Positions 10,650 to 21,013 of a DNA stretch of 64,000 bases are shown here, piece by piece. The stretch is from an uncultured delta proteobacterium (lineage in GTDB: Bacteria; Desulfobacterota; Binatia; UTPRO1): the NCBI GenBank assembly GCA_963846105.1, contig CAWJUT010000019.1:81447-145446 (forward strand), read 5' to 3'. Each line of letters opens with the position of its first letter. Positions within the stretch are counted from its first letter, which is position 1. The notes under the pieces are model-generated. The model saw nothing but the letters and a program-made list of their open reading frames with translations. It was not told the DNA's origin and ran no database searches. Made by a program: the position numbers and the translations under genes.

Positions 10650-11724
10650 CGTCGTTGTCGGCGACGAGGAGCGTCGGGCCGACTCCCCAGGCGAGGGCCG
10701 CGATGCTGGCGCGATGCCATTGCAGCGTCTCGATCATCGTGCCGTCGCTGAGCCGGAAGAGGCGGACCCGGTGCTGATCGTCCGCGGTCGCGGCAAGCCG
10801 GCGATCGGGACTCACCGCGAGGCTCACGAGCGGCGCTGCCGCGTTGGCGTGCAGAAGCTGCTTCCCGGTCGCCGCGGCGAAGACGCGCAGCTCTCCGTCG
10901 CGACCGGCGACGACCAGCCGGTCTGCGGCGAACACCAGCCCGGCAACCTCCTGGGTCGACGGCGTCAGGACACGCGGCGGCGCCTCGGCGCGAAGATCGA
11001 CGATGCCGATCGTCCCGAGGACGGTGCCGACGGCGGCTCGGCTTTCGTCGGCCGAGAGCGCGACTTTGACGGCGCGGCCCGCGACCCGGAGCGTCCGCAG
11101 CACCCGGCCATCGCCGAGATCGAAGAGGTGTGCCTGGCCGTCGCCCGCTGTTGCCAGCAGGACGCGCGTCCCGCGGCCCGACCACGCGAGGTCGTCGATC
11201 ATGCCGCCCGGCCCCTCGACATGCGCCCCAGGACGGCCGCTCACGATGTCGTAGCGCACGATGCGGCTGCCGATCGCGAAGAGAGCTGCCATGCCGTCCG
11301 CGCTCGGCGCGATGACACGCGGCTCGTCCTCGTGGTCGCCGTGCTCTGCCGGCTCCTCCTCCGGCGGCCCTTCGAAGCCGACGACGAATGTGGCGCCGGG
11401 TAGGCGCCAGGCGGCAGTCGTTGCCTCGAAGCTGGACACGATCGCCAGTGCGCCATCGGGTGTCACCGCTACCGCAGCGGGCGCGCGCCCGAACGAGACG
11501 ACGCATCGCGGCGAGCGGCCGGTTGCCGCGGCCCGGGTTGGCGACACGCAACCGTGGGGAAGGCTCGCGCTGCCCGTGCCGGCGGATTCCTCAACCCCGG
11601 GGCGGTGGCCGGCCTCATGGGCGGCCGGGTCGGGGGTGGCGTGCCTTCGAGGGCTGCAGGCTGCGCTGCCGGCAAAGCAGAAGAGGAGCACGATCGCGAG
11701 GCGAGGGAGAGCGGTCAGGAGCAC
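10582..11724 (-). CDS. WD40/beta-propeller repeat lipoprotein
   Basis: GTG start preceded by AGGAGGA. Has a lipobox-type signal (LAIVLLFCFAGSAAC) and repeated propeller blades (LAVSPDRRLAATADDQHRVRLFRL, GELALWDVS). Confidence 0.65.
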   Translation of the reverse strand: MLLTALPRLAIVLLFCFAGSAACSPRRHATPDPAAHEAGHRPGVEESAGTGSASLPHGCVSPTRAAATGRSPRCVVSFGRAPAAVAVTPDGALAIVSSFEATTAAWRLPGATFVVGFEGPPEEEPAEHGDHEDEPRVIAPSADGMAALFAIGSRIVRYDIVSGRPGAHVEGPGGMIDDLAWSGRGTRVLLATAGDGQAHLFDLGDGRVLRTLRVAGRAVKVALSADESRAAVGTVLGTIGIVDLRAEAPPRVLTPSTQEVAGLVFAADRLVVAGRDGELRVFAAATGKQLLHANAAAPLVSLAVSPDRRLAATADDQHRVRLFRLSDGTMIETLQWHRASIAALAWGVGPTLLVADNDGELALWDVSAPAEREALDSGRD

Positions 11725-11891
11725 GTTTGTCCTCCTATCGCAGCCTCGATTTTCCTTCCATAAGGCGGCGGGTTTTGTGTATGGTGCAGCGCCAACCAGC
11801 GGCCGCCCGACCGGCCCGCTGACCATTCGTTCATCGCTGCTTGAGGCGTGCGCGGGGCTGCTCGCAGGCGCGCGTCATTGGAGGATTCGAG

Positions 11892-14800
11892 GTGAGATAC
11901 CTGCGCGCTCTGGCCGGACTGCTGCTCGTCATGGCGAGCACGGCATCCGCGCAAACGCTGACGCGGGGTCCGCTCATCCAGAACCCCGACGCGCTCACCA
12001 CGACGATGACGATCGAGTGGTGGACCGACGTGACGGGGAACAGCACGGTCGAGTACGGTACCACACCTGCCCTCGGCTCGTCGGTCACGGTGCCGCAGGC
12101 GGGGAGCTGCGCGATCGGTGCCGCGGGCACGTGCCATACGGTGCCGCTCACCGGCCTGCTGTCCGGCACGCGCTACTACTATCGGCTGCTCACCAACGGC
12201 AATCAGGTCCTCGCCACGACGTACTTCCAGACCTTCAAGCTCCCGAGCGACACCAGCGAGTTGTACTTCACCGTGATCGGCGACTGGGGTACCGGCAGCA
12301 GCGCCCAGGGGCGGGTCGCGGACAATCAGAACGCCGACGATACGCCGCTCATCCTCACGGTCGGCGACAACGCGTACCAGAACGGCACCCAGTCGGACTG
12401 GGACAACAATGCCTTCATCGCCCAGTACGAGAACCAGATCCTGCGGCGCGCGGTGTTCATGCCGGCGCTCGGCAATCACGACGTCAACAACGTCGGCGCC
12501 GCCAACTGGGCGAACTCGGTCGAGATCCGCATGCACCTCTTGCCGCGCAACGCGCCGGCCGGCAACGAGGAGCGCTACTTTTCCTTCGATAGCGGGAACG
12601 CGCACTTCGTCGTCCTCGATTCGAACTCGCCGGCGGTCACCGCCACGCAGACGAACTGGCTGGCCGCCGACCTCGCCGCCACGACGCGCAAATGGAAGTT
12701 CGTGTTCCTCCATCACACGCCGTATTCGTGCGCCAACGGGTTCGCGTCCCTCGGCAGCGACCACAACGTCCGCAACACCTGGGGACCGATCTTCGAGCAG
12801 CACAGGGTCGACATCGTCTTCGACGGTCACGATCACATCTACGAGCGCTCGAAGGTCGTCGACGACTACCTGGTCGGCGGGGGAGCAGGGCAGGATGGCC
12901 TGTCGACGCTCTACGTCATGTCGGGCGGTGGTGGCGCGACGCTCGACGACGCCGCCCTGGTGGATGGCGGCGGGCCGTACGGGCAAGGTCCGGCCCACGC
13001 GAAGGAGTATTGTCCCTGGCTCTCGAATCAGTGCCCGAACGGCGTGAACGGCCAGTACTGCAGCTTCAAGCGTTTCCAGCACGCCGAGGCCCGCATCACG
13101 AGCGACACCACGCTCACCGTCAAGGCGATCGACGAGAACGACGCCGTCTTCGATACGTTCTCGATCGTCAAGGTGGGAGTCTGCGGCAACGGCATGGTGG
13201 AGGGCGTCGAGCAGTGCGACGAAGGGGGGGCGAACGGCAGCGCTACCTCGTGTTGCACGGCGTCCTGCCTGTTCAAGAGCGCGGGCACCGGATGCCGCGT
13301 CAGCGCCGGGTCCTGTGACGTGGCGGAATCCTGCACCGGCTCGAGTGGCCCGTGTCCTGCCGATGGATTCCTCTCGTCCGTGAATGTCTGCCGGCCCGCC
13401 GTCGACCTCTGCGACGCCGCCGAGAACTGCACCGGCGGGAGCGCGGCCTGTCCCACCAACTCCGTCCAGCCGACCACGACGGTCTGCCGCATCGAGCAGG
13501 GCTTCTGCGATCTCGCCGAACACTGCAACGGCGTCTCGACCGCATGTCCGGCCGACGTCAAAGCGACCGGCGAGTGCCGGCCCGTGCTCGGTCCGTGTGA
13601 CGTCGCCGAAAGCTGCGACGGCGTCGGCAACAACTGCCCGGCGAACGGCTTTGCGTCGCCGGGGACGGGATGCCGTCCGTCCGCCGACGTCTGCGACGTC
13701 GCCGAGACCTGCGACGGCTCGGGCGCGAGCTGCCCGGCGGATGGCTTCGCCTCGGGCGCCACGGTGTGTCGTCCGTCGCTCGGAATCTGCGACGTCACCG
13801 AAAACTGTACCGGGTCGGCGGCTTCATGCCCCGCCGACGGGTTCGCGTCGAGCACCACCCAGTGTCGCGGCGCGAGCGGGGTCTGCGACGTCGCCGAGAA
13901 TTGCAGCGGATCGTCGCCGACCTGCCCTGCGAACGGCTTCGCCCCGACGACGACCATGTGCCGGCCCGCTTCGGACGTGTGCGACCAAGCCGAGAGCTGC
14001 ACGGGCGCGTCTCCGTCCTGTCCCGGCAACGGCTTCAAGTCTTCGAGCACGGTGTGCCGTCCATCCGTGACGCCGTGTGACGCCGCCGAGACCTGCAGCG
14101 GCTCATCGGTTACCTGTCCGGCCGACGGGTTCGCGTCGAGCGCGACCGTGTGCCGCGCCGCTGCGGACATCTGTGACCAGCCGGAGAACTGCACCGGTAG
14201 CAGCGGATCGTGCCCCGCCGACGGGTTCGCGTCGACCTCCGTGGTCTGCCGAGCCGCTGCCGGTGCGTGCGATGTCGCCGAGAGCTGCTCGGGCTCGGCC
14301 GCGGCCTGCCCGGCGAACGGATTCGCGCCGAGTGGAACCGGGTGCCGCCCCAGCGCCGGCGTGTGCGACATCGCCGAGAGCTGCACCGGCGCCGCCCCCG
14401 GGTGTCCAGCGGACACGTTCGTCGTCGGCGGCACGCCCTGTCGCGCCGCAGCGGACGTCTGTGACCAGGAAGAAGCGTGCACCGGGTTGAGCGCCGCGTG
14501 TCCCGTCGATGGCTACAAATCGAACGCGACCCTGTGCCGGCCGAGCGCCGACGTCTGCGACCTGGCGGAGTCGTGCAGCGGAGCAGGCACCGCGTGTCCG
14601 TCCGATGCGTTCCGGCCGAGCACCTTCGAGTGTCGTCCGTCCAGCGGTGGCTGCGACGCAGCCGAGTCGTGCACGGGGTCGAGCGGCGCTTGTCCTGCCG
14701 ACACCGGCCAGCCTGATGGGGACGGAGACGGGGTCTGCGACGTCGACGACGATTGCCCGACCGAGGCGGATCCCGCGCAAGAGGACGCCGATACCGACGG

Positions 14801-15359
14801 CACCGGCGACGTGTGTGACCCGTGCAACAACTATCTGCCCGTGTACGCGGTCGGCGGAAAGATGAAGCTCCGGAAGCTCGCGCCGCCGCCCGGGGACGAT
14901 CAGCTCAAGTTCTCCGGCTCCGTCACGGTGCCGACGACACCCACCATAGACCCGCGCGCCAACGGCGTGCGCATCGTCGTCACCGACGCCACCGATGCGA
15001 CGATTCTCGATGCGACGATTCCTCCGGGAGCCTACGACCCTGTGAACGGCGTCGGATGGAAGGTGAACGGCAGCGGGACGACGTCCGTCTACAAGAACAG
15101 CGGTGCAGCGGTTCCTCTCGTTGCCGGTGTCAGGAAGGTCGTGGTGAAGCACAGTACGACGGATCCGGGACTGGTCAAGTTCAAGGTCACCGCCAAGAAC
15201 GCGACCTACGTGCTCCCCACGATGCTACCGCTCGTCGGCACGTTCATCCTCGATCCGCCCTACGCGACGACGAATCAGTGCGGGGAAGCGCTCTTCCCGG
15301 GTCCGCTGCCGCCGCTCTGTGCGTGGATCCCGCCCGCCGGCTCGATCAAGTGCAAGTGA
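11892..15359 (+). CDS. secreted purple-acid-phosphatase-like metallophosphoesterase with 15 tandem 4-Cys repeats, a myxo-type Cys-rich repeat and a TSP3-like Ca-binding segment
   Basis: GTG start after GGAGGA, then a signal peptide. Metallophosphatase motifs are present (GDWG, GDNAY, GNHD, HHTPY, GHDHIYER). One CGNG...CDEGGANG unit follows, then 15 repeats of C-R-x5-C-D-x-A-E-x-C-x-G-x5-C-P-A-D-G-F, then a DGDGDGVCDVDDDCP stretch. Confidence 0.85.
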   Translation: MRYLRALAGLLLVMASTASAQTLTRGPLIQNPDALTTTMTIEWWTDVTGNSTVEYGTTPALGSSVTVPQAGSCAIGAAGTCHTVPLTGLLSGTRYYYRLLTNGNQVLATTYFQTFKLPSDTSELYFTVIGDWGTGSSAQGRVADNQNADDTPLILTVGDNAYQNGTQSDWDNNAFIAQYENQILRRAVFMPALGNHDVNNVGAANWANSVEIRMHLLPRNAPAGNEERYFSFDSGNAHFVVLDSNSPAVTATQTNWLAADLAATTRKWKFVFLHHTPYSCANGFASLGSDHNVRNTWGPIFEQHRVDIVFDGHDHIYERSKVVDDYLVGGGAGQDGLSTLYVMSGGGGATLDDAALVDGGGPYGQGPAHAKEYCPWLSNQCPNGVNGQYCSFKRFQHAEARITSDTTLTVKAIDENDAVFDTFSIVKVGVCGNGMVEGVEQCDEGGANGSATSCCTASCLFKSAGTGCRVSAGSCDVAESCTGSSGPCPADGFLSSVNVCRPAVDLCDAAENCTGGSAACPTNSVQPTTTVCRIEQGFCDLAEHCNGVSTACPADVKATGECRPVLGPCDVAESCDGVGNNCPANGFASPGTGCRPSADVCDVAETCDGSGASCPADGFASGATVCRPSLGICDVTENCTGSAASCPADGFASSTTQCRGASGVCDVAENCSGSSPTCPANGFAPTTTMCRPASDVCDQAESCTGASPSCPGNGFKSSSTVCRPSVTPCDAAETCSGSSVTCPADGFASSATVCRAAADICDQPENCTGSSGSCPADGFASTSVVCRAAAGACDVAESCSGSAAACPANGFAPSGTGCRPSAGVCDIAESCTGAAPGCPADTFVVGGTPCRAAADVCDQEEACTGLSAACPVDGYKSNATLCRPSADVCDLAESCSGAGTACPSDAFRPSTFECRPSSGGCDAAESCTGSSGACPADTGQPDGDGDGVCDVDDDCPTEADPAQEDADTDGTGDVCDPCNNYLPVYAVGGKMKLRKLAPPPGDDQLKFSGSVTVPTTPTIDPRANGVRIVVTDATDATILDATIPPGAYDPVNGVGWKVNGSGTTSVYKNSGAAVPLVAGVRKVVVKHSTTDPGLVKFKVTAKNATYVLPTMLPLVGTFILDPPYATTNQCGEALFPGPLPPLCAWIPPAGSIKCK
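13293..14712 (+). repeat. coding tandem repeat, about 15 units of roughly 96 bp (32-aa four-cysteine repeat)
   Basis: Periodic CRxxxxxCDxAExC(T/S)GxxxxCPADGF units are visible in the translation, and the DNA is near-periodic. Confidence 0.8.
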
Positions 15360-15415
15360 GCCTCGCCGCAGGTGAGGCGTGAGGGTCGAGCCGCGCCGCC
15401 GCGACTCCCCGAGAT

Positions 15416-16037
15416 TCAGGACGCGGGCTCGGGCTTCCGGCCGACGGCGATGACGTAGGTATCGTCGGGTCCCAACTCGAGGCCGGTCCAATTCGGGTTC
15501 TCCGCTTTTTTCTGGCGCGTGAACTCGCGATAGCCGCGCCCGGCGGTGACCGTGATGCCGCCGGCCTCCAACGCTTCGTGCGCCATCGTCACGTACTCTG
15601 GCGGTTCCTCGTCGGCGGCGAAGACAAACACCCCGGCCTTCATCGGAAAGCGGAGCGGCAGGTTGCCGCGCACCTGCCAGCCCGCCTCCTCGAAAACTCC
15701 CTGCAGCGCGCGTTGGAAGGCCGCCGCTTCCGGATTGTTCGGCGTGGTCGCGAACCACACCGGATGCGTCGAGCTGCTGCCGCGGCCACCGAGCCGCTCG
15801 ATCATCGCTTCGCGCTGCTCGGGCGTGAGCATGCGCGCGCCCTCGGACCGGACGCGCGGCATCCGCGCTCTCGACGCGTGATGGCGCGGAGGGCGATGCC
15901 GCTTCCTGTGGCCGTGCGCTGCGGGCGAGCTGTGCATGCAAGCGGGCGATCTCCGCATGCAGATGCAAGACGTACCAGCCAACCAGGGCGACGAACGCGA
16001 CACCGGCGACGCGTACCATGAGACGGGATTGCGACAT
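15416..16037 (-). CDS. hypothetical membrane-anchored protein (one apparent frameshift near 15850)
   Basis: The N-terminus (MSQSRLMVRVAGVAFVALVGWYVLHLHAEIARLHAQL) reads in one frame. A plausible C-terminal part (MLTPEQREAMIERLGG...YVIAVGRKPEPAS) reads in another. Confidence 0.45.
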
Positions 16038-16133
16038 GACTCTCCTTTGGCAGTCGGGCGCTGGCTGCGCTCCCGGGTCACGTACATCGCTCCGCCAAGC
16101 GATTGCAATGACGCCGCGCGCCGGCGTCGGGCG

Positions 16134-16778
16134 CTAGCTTTTGACGCGCGAGGCCGTGCGTGCCGGGCGGATCGCGTCGCCGATGAATCCGGCCACTTGA
16201 CGAAAGCGCTGCTCGAGCGGGTAGCGAGCGTCCCGCATCCAGTTGATGACGGCGGCGTTGAAGGCACCCACCACCATCTCGGCCAGAAACGCCGCGTCGG
16301 TGTCGGTGCGCACCTCGCCCTTGTCCTGCCCTTCGCGCAGGATGCGCGTGAAGGCGTCGTGCACGCGCGCGAGGTAGGGGACGGCTTCGCCGGTTCCGGC
16401 GCGCGTCCGCATGAGCTCGAGCAGCACGTCGCGCGCGAGACCGCGTGCCGCGTGCACCTCGGCGGCGGCCTGTTCGGCGAAGGCTTTGATGCGCTGCTGT
16501 GCCGAGCCGGAACCGAGCAGCCGCTGCTCCATGAGGGTCTGGAGATGATCGAAGACCTCACTCGTCATCTCGCCGAGCAGCACGTGCTTGCTCTGAAAGT
16601 GATTGAAGAAGGTGGCCGGCGCGATGTCGGCGGCCTCGGCGATCTGCTCGACGGTGGTGGCCTCGAAGCCCCGGGCCAGGAACAACTGCCGAGCCGTCCG
16701 ATAGACGCGCGCCCGGAGCTCGCGCTTCTTGCGTTCACGTCGTCCCTCGACGACCGCTTCTCGAGCTGAGGCGGGCAT
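16134..16778 (-). CDS. TetR/AcrR-family transcriptional regulator
   Basis: Has the N-terminal HTH (RARVYRTARQLFLARGFEATTVEQIAEAADIAPATFFNHFQSK). Divergent from the sulfotransferase gene. Confidence 0.85.
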   Translation of the reverse strand: MPASAREAVVEGRRERKKRELRARVYRTARQLFLARGFEATTVEQIAEAADIAPATFFNHFQSKHVLLGEMTSEVFDHLQTLMEQRLLGSGSAQQRIKAFAEQAAAEVHAARGLARDVLLELMRTRAGTGEAVPYLARVHDAFTRILREGQDKGEVRTDTDAAFLAEMVVGAFNAAVINWMRDARYPLEQRFRQVAGFIGDAIRPARTASRVKS

Positions 16779-16902
16779 GATCGTTAGAGAAGGCTTCAAT
16801 CTTAGAGTGTCATCCAGGAAGCGGTCAAGCCGGCACGCGGCCTCCTTGACCGGTCCCCGGCGACCTTCCTATGACGCGTTACACCCGACGACCGTCCCGT
16901 CC

Positions 16903-18087
16903 ATGACCGACACCGCCACACGTCCCCACTTCGCGAGCTCGATCGACGCGCTCCATGACGCCGCGCGCGCGGCCGTCGGCAGCGACGACTTCGGCGACCC
17001 GGGTTATCTCGAAGGCCTGCGCGTGCTGGCGGAGGCGTACGACCGCGAGTCGCGGCTCACGGCCACCGGGATCGGGATGGTGGAGCAGCAGCTCGTCGGC
17101 ATCCTCAAGAATCGTCTGCTCTCGCAACGCGCCTGGAAAGCGCGTCCGCAGATCCTCGAGATCGCGATCCAGCGTCCGATCTTCGTGCTCGGCTTGCCGC
17201 GCACCGGGACGACGGCGCTGCACCATCTGCTCGGAAGCGATCCCGCCATCCAGGCTTTGGAGTACTGGCTTGCCGCCTCGCCGCGTCCACGCCCGCCGCG
17301 CAGCGAGTGGGAAGGCGACCCCGCGTTCCAGCAATCCGTGCAGGAGCTCGAGTGGATGTACACGGTCGACCCGAGCCTCAAGGCCATCCATCTGATGAGC
17401 GCCGACGGGCCCGAGGAATGCCGCCACCTGATGCAGCAGACGTTCACCGACGACACCTTCGACTGCAACTCGACGATTCCCTCGTACTCGGCGTGGTACA
17501 CGCGCCACGCGATGCGCGACACCTACGAACGGCACCGCGATCTCCTGAAGCTCATCGGCTCGCCGACTCCCGAACGCCGCTGGGTGCTCAAGTATCCCGT
17601 CCACATGGGCAACCTGCGCACGCTCTTTGCCGTGTATCCGGACGCCTGCATCGTGCAATGCCACCGTGATCCGGCGAAGATCATGCCGTCGCTGTGCAGC
17701 CTGGTGGCGGGGTGGCGCGCGCTCTACGAGGGTGACGTCGACCGCCGGGAGATCTCGCAGTGGCTCGTGGAGCTGTGGTCGAGTCGGCTGGTGCAGGGCC
17801 TGGAGGTCCGACGCGAGCACGACGCGAAACGGTTCTTCGACCTCAACTTCCGTGAGGTGTGGGCCGATCCGATCGGCTCGGTGCGCCGCATGTACGACCA
17901 CTTCGGGCTCGAGATGAGTCCGGAGGCGGAGCGGGGCATGCGCGGCTGGGTGGCGGAGAACCCGCAGGGCAAGCACGGCGAGCATCGCTACCGGGCCGAG
18001 GACTTCGGGCTCTCGACACGCGGCATGCACGCGAGCTTCGCCGACTACATGGAGCACTTCCACGTCGAGCGCGAAGCCGCCGACTGA
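16903..18087 (+). CDS. sulfotransferase-family protein
   Basis: Carries the PAPS-binding 5'-PSB motif GLPRTGTTALHHLL. About 390 aa with normal composition. Confidence 0.8.
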   Translation: MTDTATRPHFASSIDALHDAARAAVGSDDFGDPGYLEGLRVLAEAYDRESRLTATGIGMVEQQLVGILKNRLLSQRAWKARPQILEIAIQRPIFVLGLPRTGTTALHHLLGSDPAIQALEYWLAASPRPRPPRSEWEGDPAFQQSVQELEWMYTVDPSLKAIHLMSADGPEECRHLMQQTFTDDTFDCNSTIPSYSAWYTRHAMRDTYERHRDLLKLIGSPTPERRWVLKYPVHMGNLRTLFAVYPDACIVQCHRDPAKIMPSLCSLVAGWRALYEGDVDRREISQWLVELWSSRLVQGLEVRREHDAKRFFDLNFREVWADPIGSVRRMYDHFGLEMSPEAERGMRGWVAENPQGKHGEHRYRAEDFGLSTRGMHASFADYMEHFHVEREAAD

Positions 18088-18111
18088 TCGGGCTCGTCCC
18101 GCGCGGTTCGC

Positions 18112-19410
18112 GTGACCGGACGCAAGCCGCGGAGCGCGCGCGAAAGCGAGCTGCTCGCACGCGCCGCGGCGCGCATCGCGGCGGGCGTGCGCAACACGAC
18201 GCAGTCGCCCGAGCACGCGTTGATCGTCGAGGAAGCCCGCGGCTCCCGCATCTGGGACGTGAGCGGCAACGAGTACGTCGACTACCTGCTCGGATCAGGA
18301 CCGATGCTGCTCGGCCATGCCCACCCCGCGATCGTCGACGCGGTACGCCGGCACCTCGAGCGCGGCAGCTCGTATCTCCTCCTGGGCGAGGCGGCGATCC
18401 TGCTGGCGGAGCGGATCGCGGGCGCGGTGCCGTGCGCCGAGAAGGTGAGCTTCCACAGCACCGGCTCCGACGCGACCTTCTTCGCGCTGCGTCTGGCGCG
18501 CGCCTTCCGCCAGCGCGACGCGATCCTCAAGTTCGAGGGCGGCTTCCACGGCATGAGCGACTACGCGCTCATGAGCAACCAGTGGACGCGGGCGCCGCGC
18601 GATCATCCGCTCCCCGTGCCGAACTCGGCGGGCATCCCGCGCGCCGTCGAAGCGAGCGTGCTGGTCGCGCCGTTCAACGACGTCGACACGACCACGGCGC
18701 TCGTCGAGCGGCACCACGAGGCGTTGGCGGCGGTGATCGTCGAGCCGCTGCAGCGAACGATCGCGCCCCGGCCCGGTTTTCTCGAGGCGCTGCGCGACGT
18801 CACCCGCCGCCATGGAGTCCCGCTGGTCTTCGACGAGGTCGTGACCGGCTTCCGTCTCGCCTACGGCGGCGCGCAGGAATACTACGGCGTCGTGCCCGAC
18901 CTGTGCGCGCTCGGCAAGAGCATCTCCGGCGGGCACCCGCTCGGCGTCGTCGCCGGCCGCGCCGACATCATGGCGCACGCCGATCCGGCGCGTCTGGCGC
19001 AGGGGGACTACGTGGCGCTCTCCGGGACCTACAGCGCCAATCCCATCTCCGCCGTGGCCGCCCTCGCGGCGCTCGATCTCCTCGCTGTGCCCGGCGTCTA
19101 CGAGCGGCTCTTCGCCACCGGGCGGCAGCTCATGGACGGCTTGCGCGCAGCGCTCCGCGACGCCGGGATCGCGGCGCAGGTCACCGGCGAGCCGCCGGCC
19201 TTCGAGGTGTGGTTCAGCGAGCGCGAGGTCACGGACTTCCGCGCCATGCTCGGCGCCGATGCGGCGCGCCACGCGCGCTTCACCGCGCTCCTCCTCGAGC
19301 GCGGCGTCATGAAGGGGCACGAGAAGTTCTTCGTCTCCACCGCCCACACGTCCGAGGACGTGGCGTTCACGCTGGCGGCGTTCCGCTCGGCGATCGAGGC
19401 GTTGGCGTAG
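18112..19410 (+). CDS. class III PLP-dependent aminotransferase (glutamate-1-semialdehyde aminomutase-like)
   Basis: Shows the AT-III fold motifs (YLLGSGPMLLGHAHP, FDEVVTGFR) and the Schiff-base lysine context LGKSISGG. Confidence 0.85.
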   Translation: MTGRKPRSARESELLARAAARIAAGVRNTTQSPEHALIVEEARGSRIWDVSGNEYVDYLLGSGPMLLGHAHPAIVDAVRRHLERGSSYLLLGEAAILLAERIAGAVPCAEKVSFHSTGSDATFFALRLARAFRQRDAILKFEGGFHGMSDYALMSNQWTRAPRDHPLPVPNSAGIPRAVEASVLVAPFNDVDTTTALVERHHEALAAVIVEPLQRTIAPRPGFLEALRDVTRRHGVPLVFDEVVTGFRLAYGGAQEYYGVVPDLCALGKSISGGHPLGVVAGRADIMAHADPARLAQGDYVALSGTYSANPISAVAALAALDLLAVPGVYERLFATGRQLMDGLRAALRDAGIAAQVTGEPPAFEVWFSEREVTDFRAMLGADAARHARFTALLLERGVMKGHEKFFVSTAHTSEDVAFTLAAFRSAIEALA

Positions 19411-19514
19411 AGCAGGGCACGGCGCGAGGGCGCCGGCGCGAAGAGAGCGGCGCGCGGCTGCGAAACGCTGCGCTGAGCACGCGCTGCGATCACTGCCAGC
19501 CGCGACGCGATCCT

Positions 19515-20625
19515 CACTTGGCGAGGACCACGCTGCAGTCCGTCCCGAAGCACCCGCCGCCGGGCTGCCCGGTGATGGTGGAGCTGCGATTGATGACCTG
19601 AAGATCGATCCGCTTCTCGCCGCCGACGCACGCTCCGGTGATCTCGACGGTCGCGAACCCCACGAGTGGCCGGTCGTTGTTCATGCTCGTGCTACAGGTC
19701 GGAAGATGGACGATCGGGATCGTGAAGATGGTACCACCGCTGGCGTCGACAACGCCGTCGTTGTTCGTATCGCTGGCAGCCCAAGCGCTCCCGCACGATG
19801 CATTCCATCAGACCGAAGGGCTGACCCTGGGTTGAGCAGGAAGGATTGATTCCGTTCGTTGATGTTGAGCATCCACGCCACCCATGTTCACGTCACCGGG
19901 CCCCTCACCCATGCCATTGGCGTTGCAGAGGGGGGGCTGGTCGAGGAATCTCCGTACCTCGCTGCTGCTGTGGTCCGTGAAGGCCGTCCAGGCGGCCGTG
20001 TCGCTCGTGGAGTCGCTCACCACCAGAGAGGGGAGCTGCCCGAGATCGTCGAATTGACAGTCGGGCGCGGTGATCGGGAGGCAGGGCGGGGCCCCGTGTT
20101 CTACAGAAGCAAGTCCCAGTTGTCGTCTTGCGCAACCCGAGCCCTCGGGCGGTCGCGCACCCGGCGGCAGGGCCCGCGAGATCGCCGCGATCGCGATCTT
20201 GTGGACGTCGGTCGTGGCGTTGGCAGGCCCGAGTCCCCCCGCGACGAAGTTCGTCACGGTCTTCTTCCCATCGGCCTTGACGGCATTGGGATTGACGTCG
20301 GTTTCGGTGAAAGTCTGGGGTCGCGAAGCCGTAGCGTCCGAGGTCGACGTCGTCCGCTTCGATCATTGCACCGCTTCCGTCGACCGTGTTGCTGTTGGCG
20401 ACCGTCTGCATCGCGTCGAGGTCGACCTGGGTACGCGTCACCACCGTGGAGGAGCGTCCGCGCGCCGGAGGTGGCGGCGATGTCGGCGACCGTCTGCACC
20501 TCGGTGGCGGTGAAGGCGAGACGTGCGAGATCGACGCCCACCACGGTGAGGGCGATGAAGGCTGCGAAGGCGACGGCGACGAATGCCAGCACCATTCCGC
20601 GTTCGTTTCGGAGGTGGTTGTGCAT
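19515..20625 (-). pseudogene. TadE/TadG-like Flp-pilus assembly protein (at least four frameshifts)
   Basis: The N-terminus (RNERGMVLAFVAVAFAAFIALTVVGVDLARLAFTATEVQTVADIAA) is TadE-like. Plausible protein continues across four different minus-strand frames, ending ...GGGCFGTDCSVVLAK with a stop at 19515. Confidence 0.55.
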
Positions 20626-21013
20626 CGTGAGGTTCTCCCTGATGCGGGTGTAGTGAGGGCTTGGTACGGCCGAGTCAGTCCTCGGCCGGATGTGTGCGGG
20701 GAGTCGGATCGCAGGTGTTACCCAACTTGGCGTGTCAGGTTACTGAAACACCGGTGCCTTAGCGGTGTCAATCCGAAAATCGATTCCTCACGGACGTCGC
20801 CGACGCGATCGAAGGCAGCGCACAGCGAAAGCCATAGACAGCTCGGTAGATCACGAGGCGCGTACGGGAATTCCCGCGTGCGCTTCAGAACGCCGCCCGT
20901 GGTCCCGAGGACGGGACTCACCCGGGAAGACGCAGACCGTCCGGGGTGAGGGCCCCGAACGGTCCGGTAGGGGATTGTACCTAGGGGTTCTAGCGGCCTA
21001 CGATCCTTCGCCG

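Noticed and set aside
16800-16902. The TetR/sulfotransferase divergent region (CTTAGAG direct repeat, GAAGGCTTC mini-palindrome) as an operator.
   Set aside because: Only short, imperfect symmetry is present and there is no extended inverted repeat. Kept as a note only.
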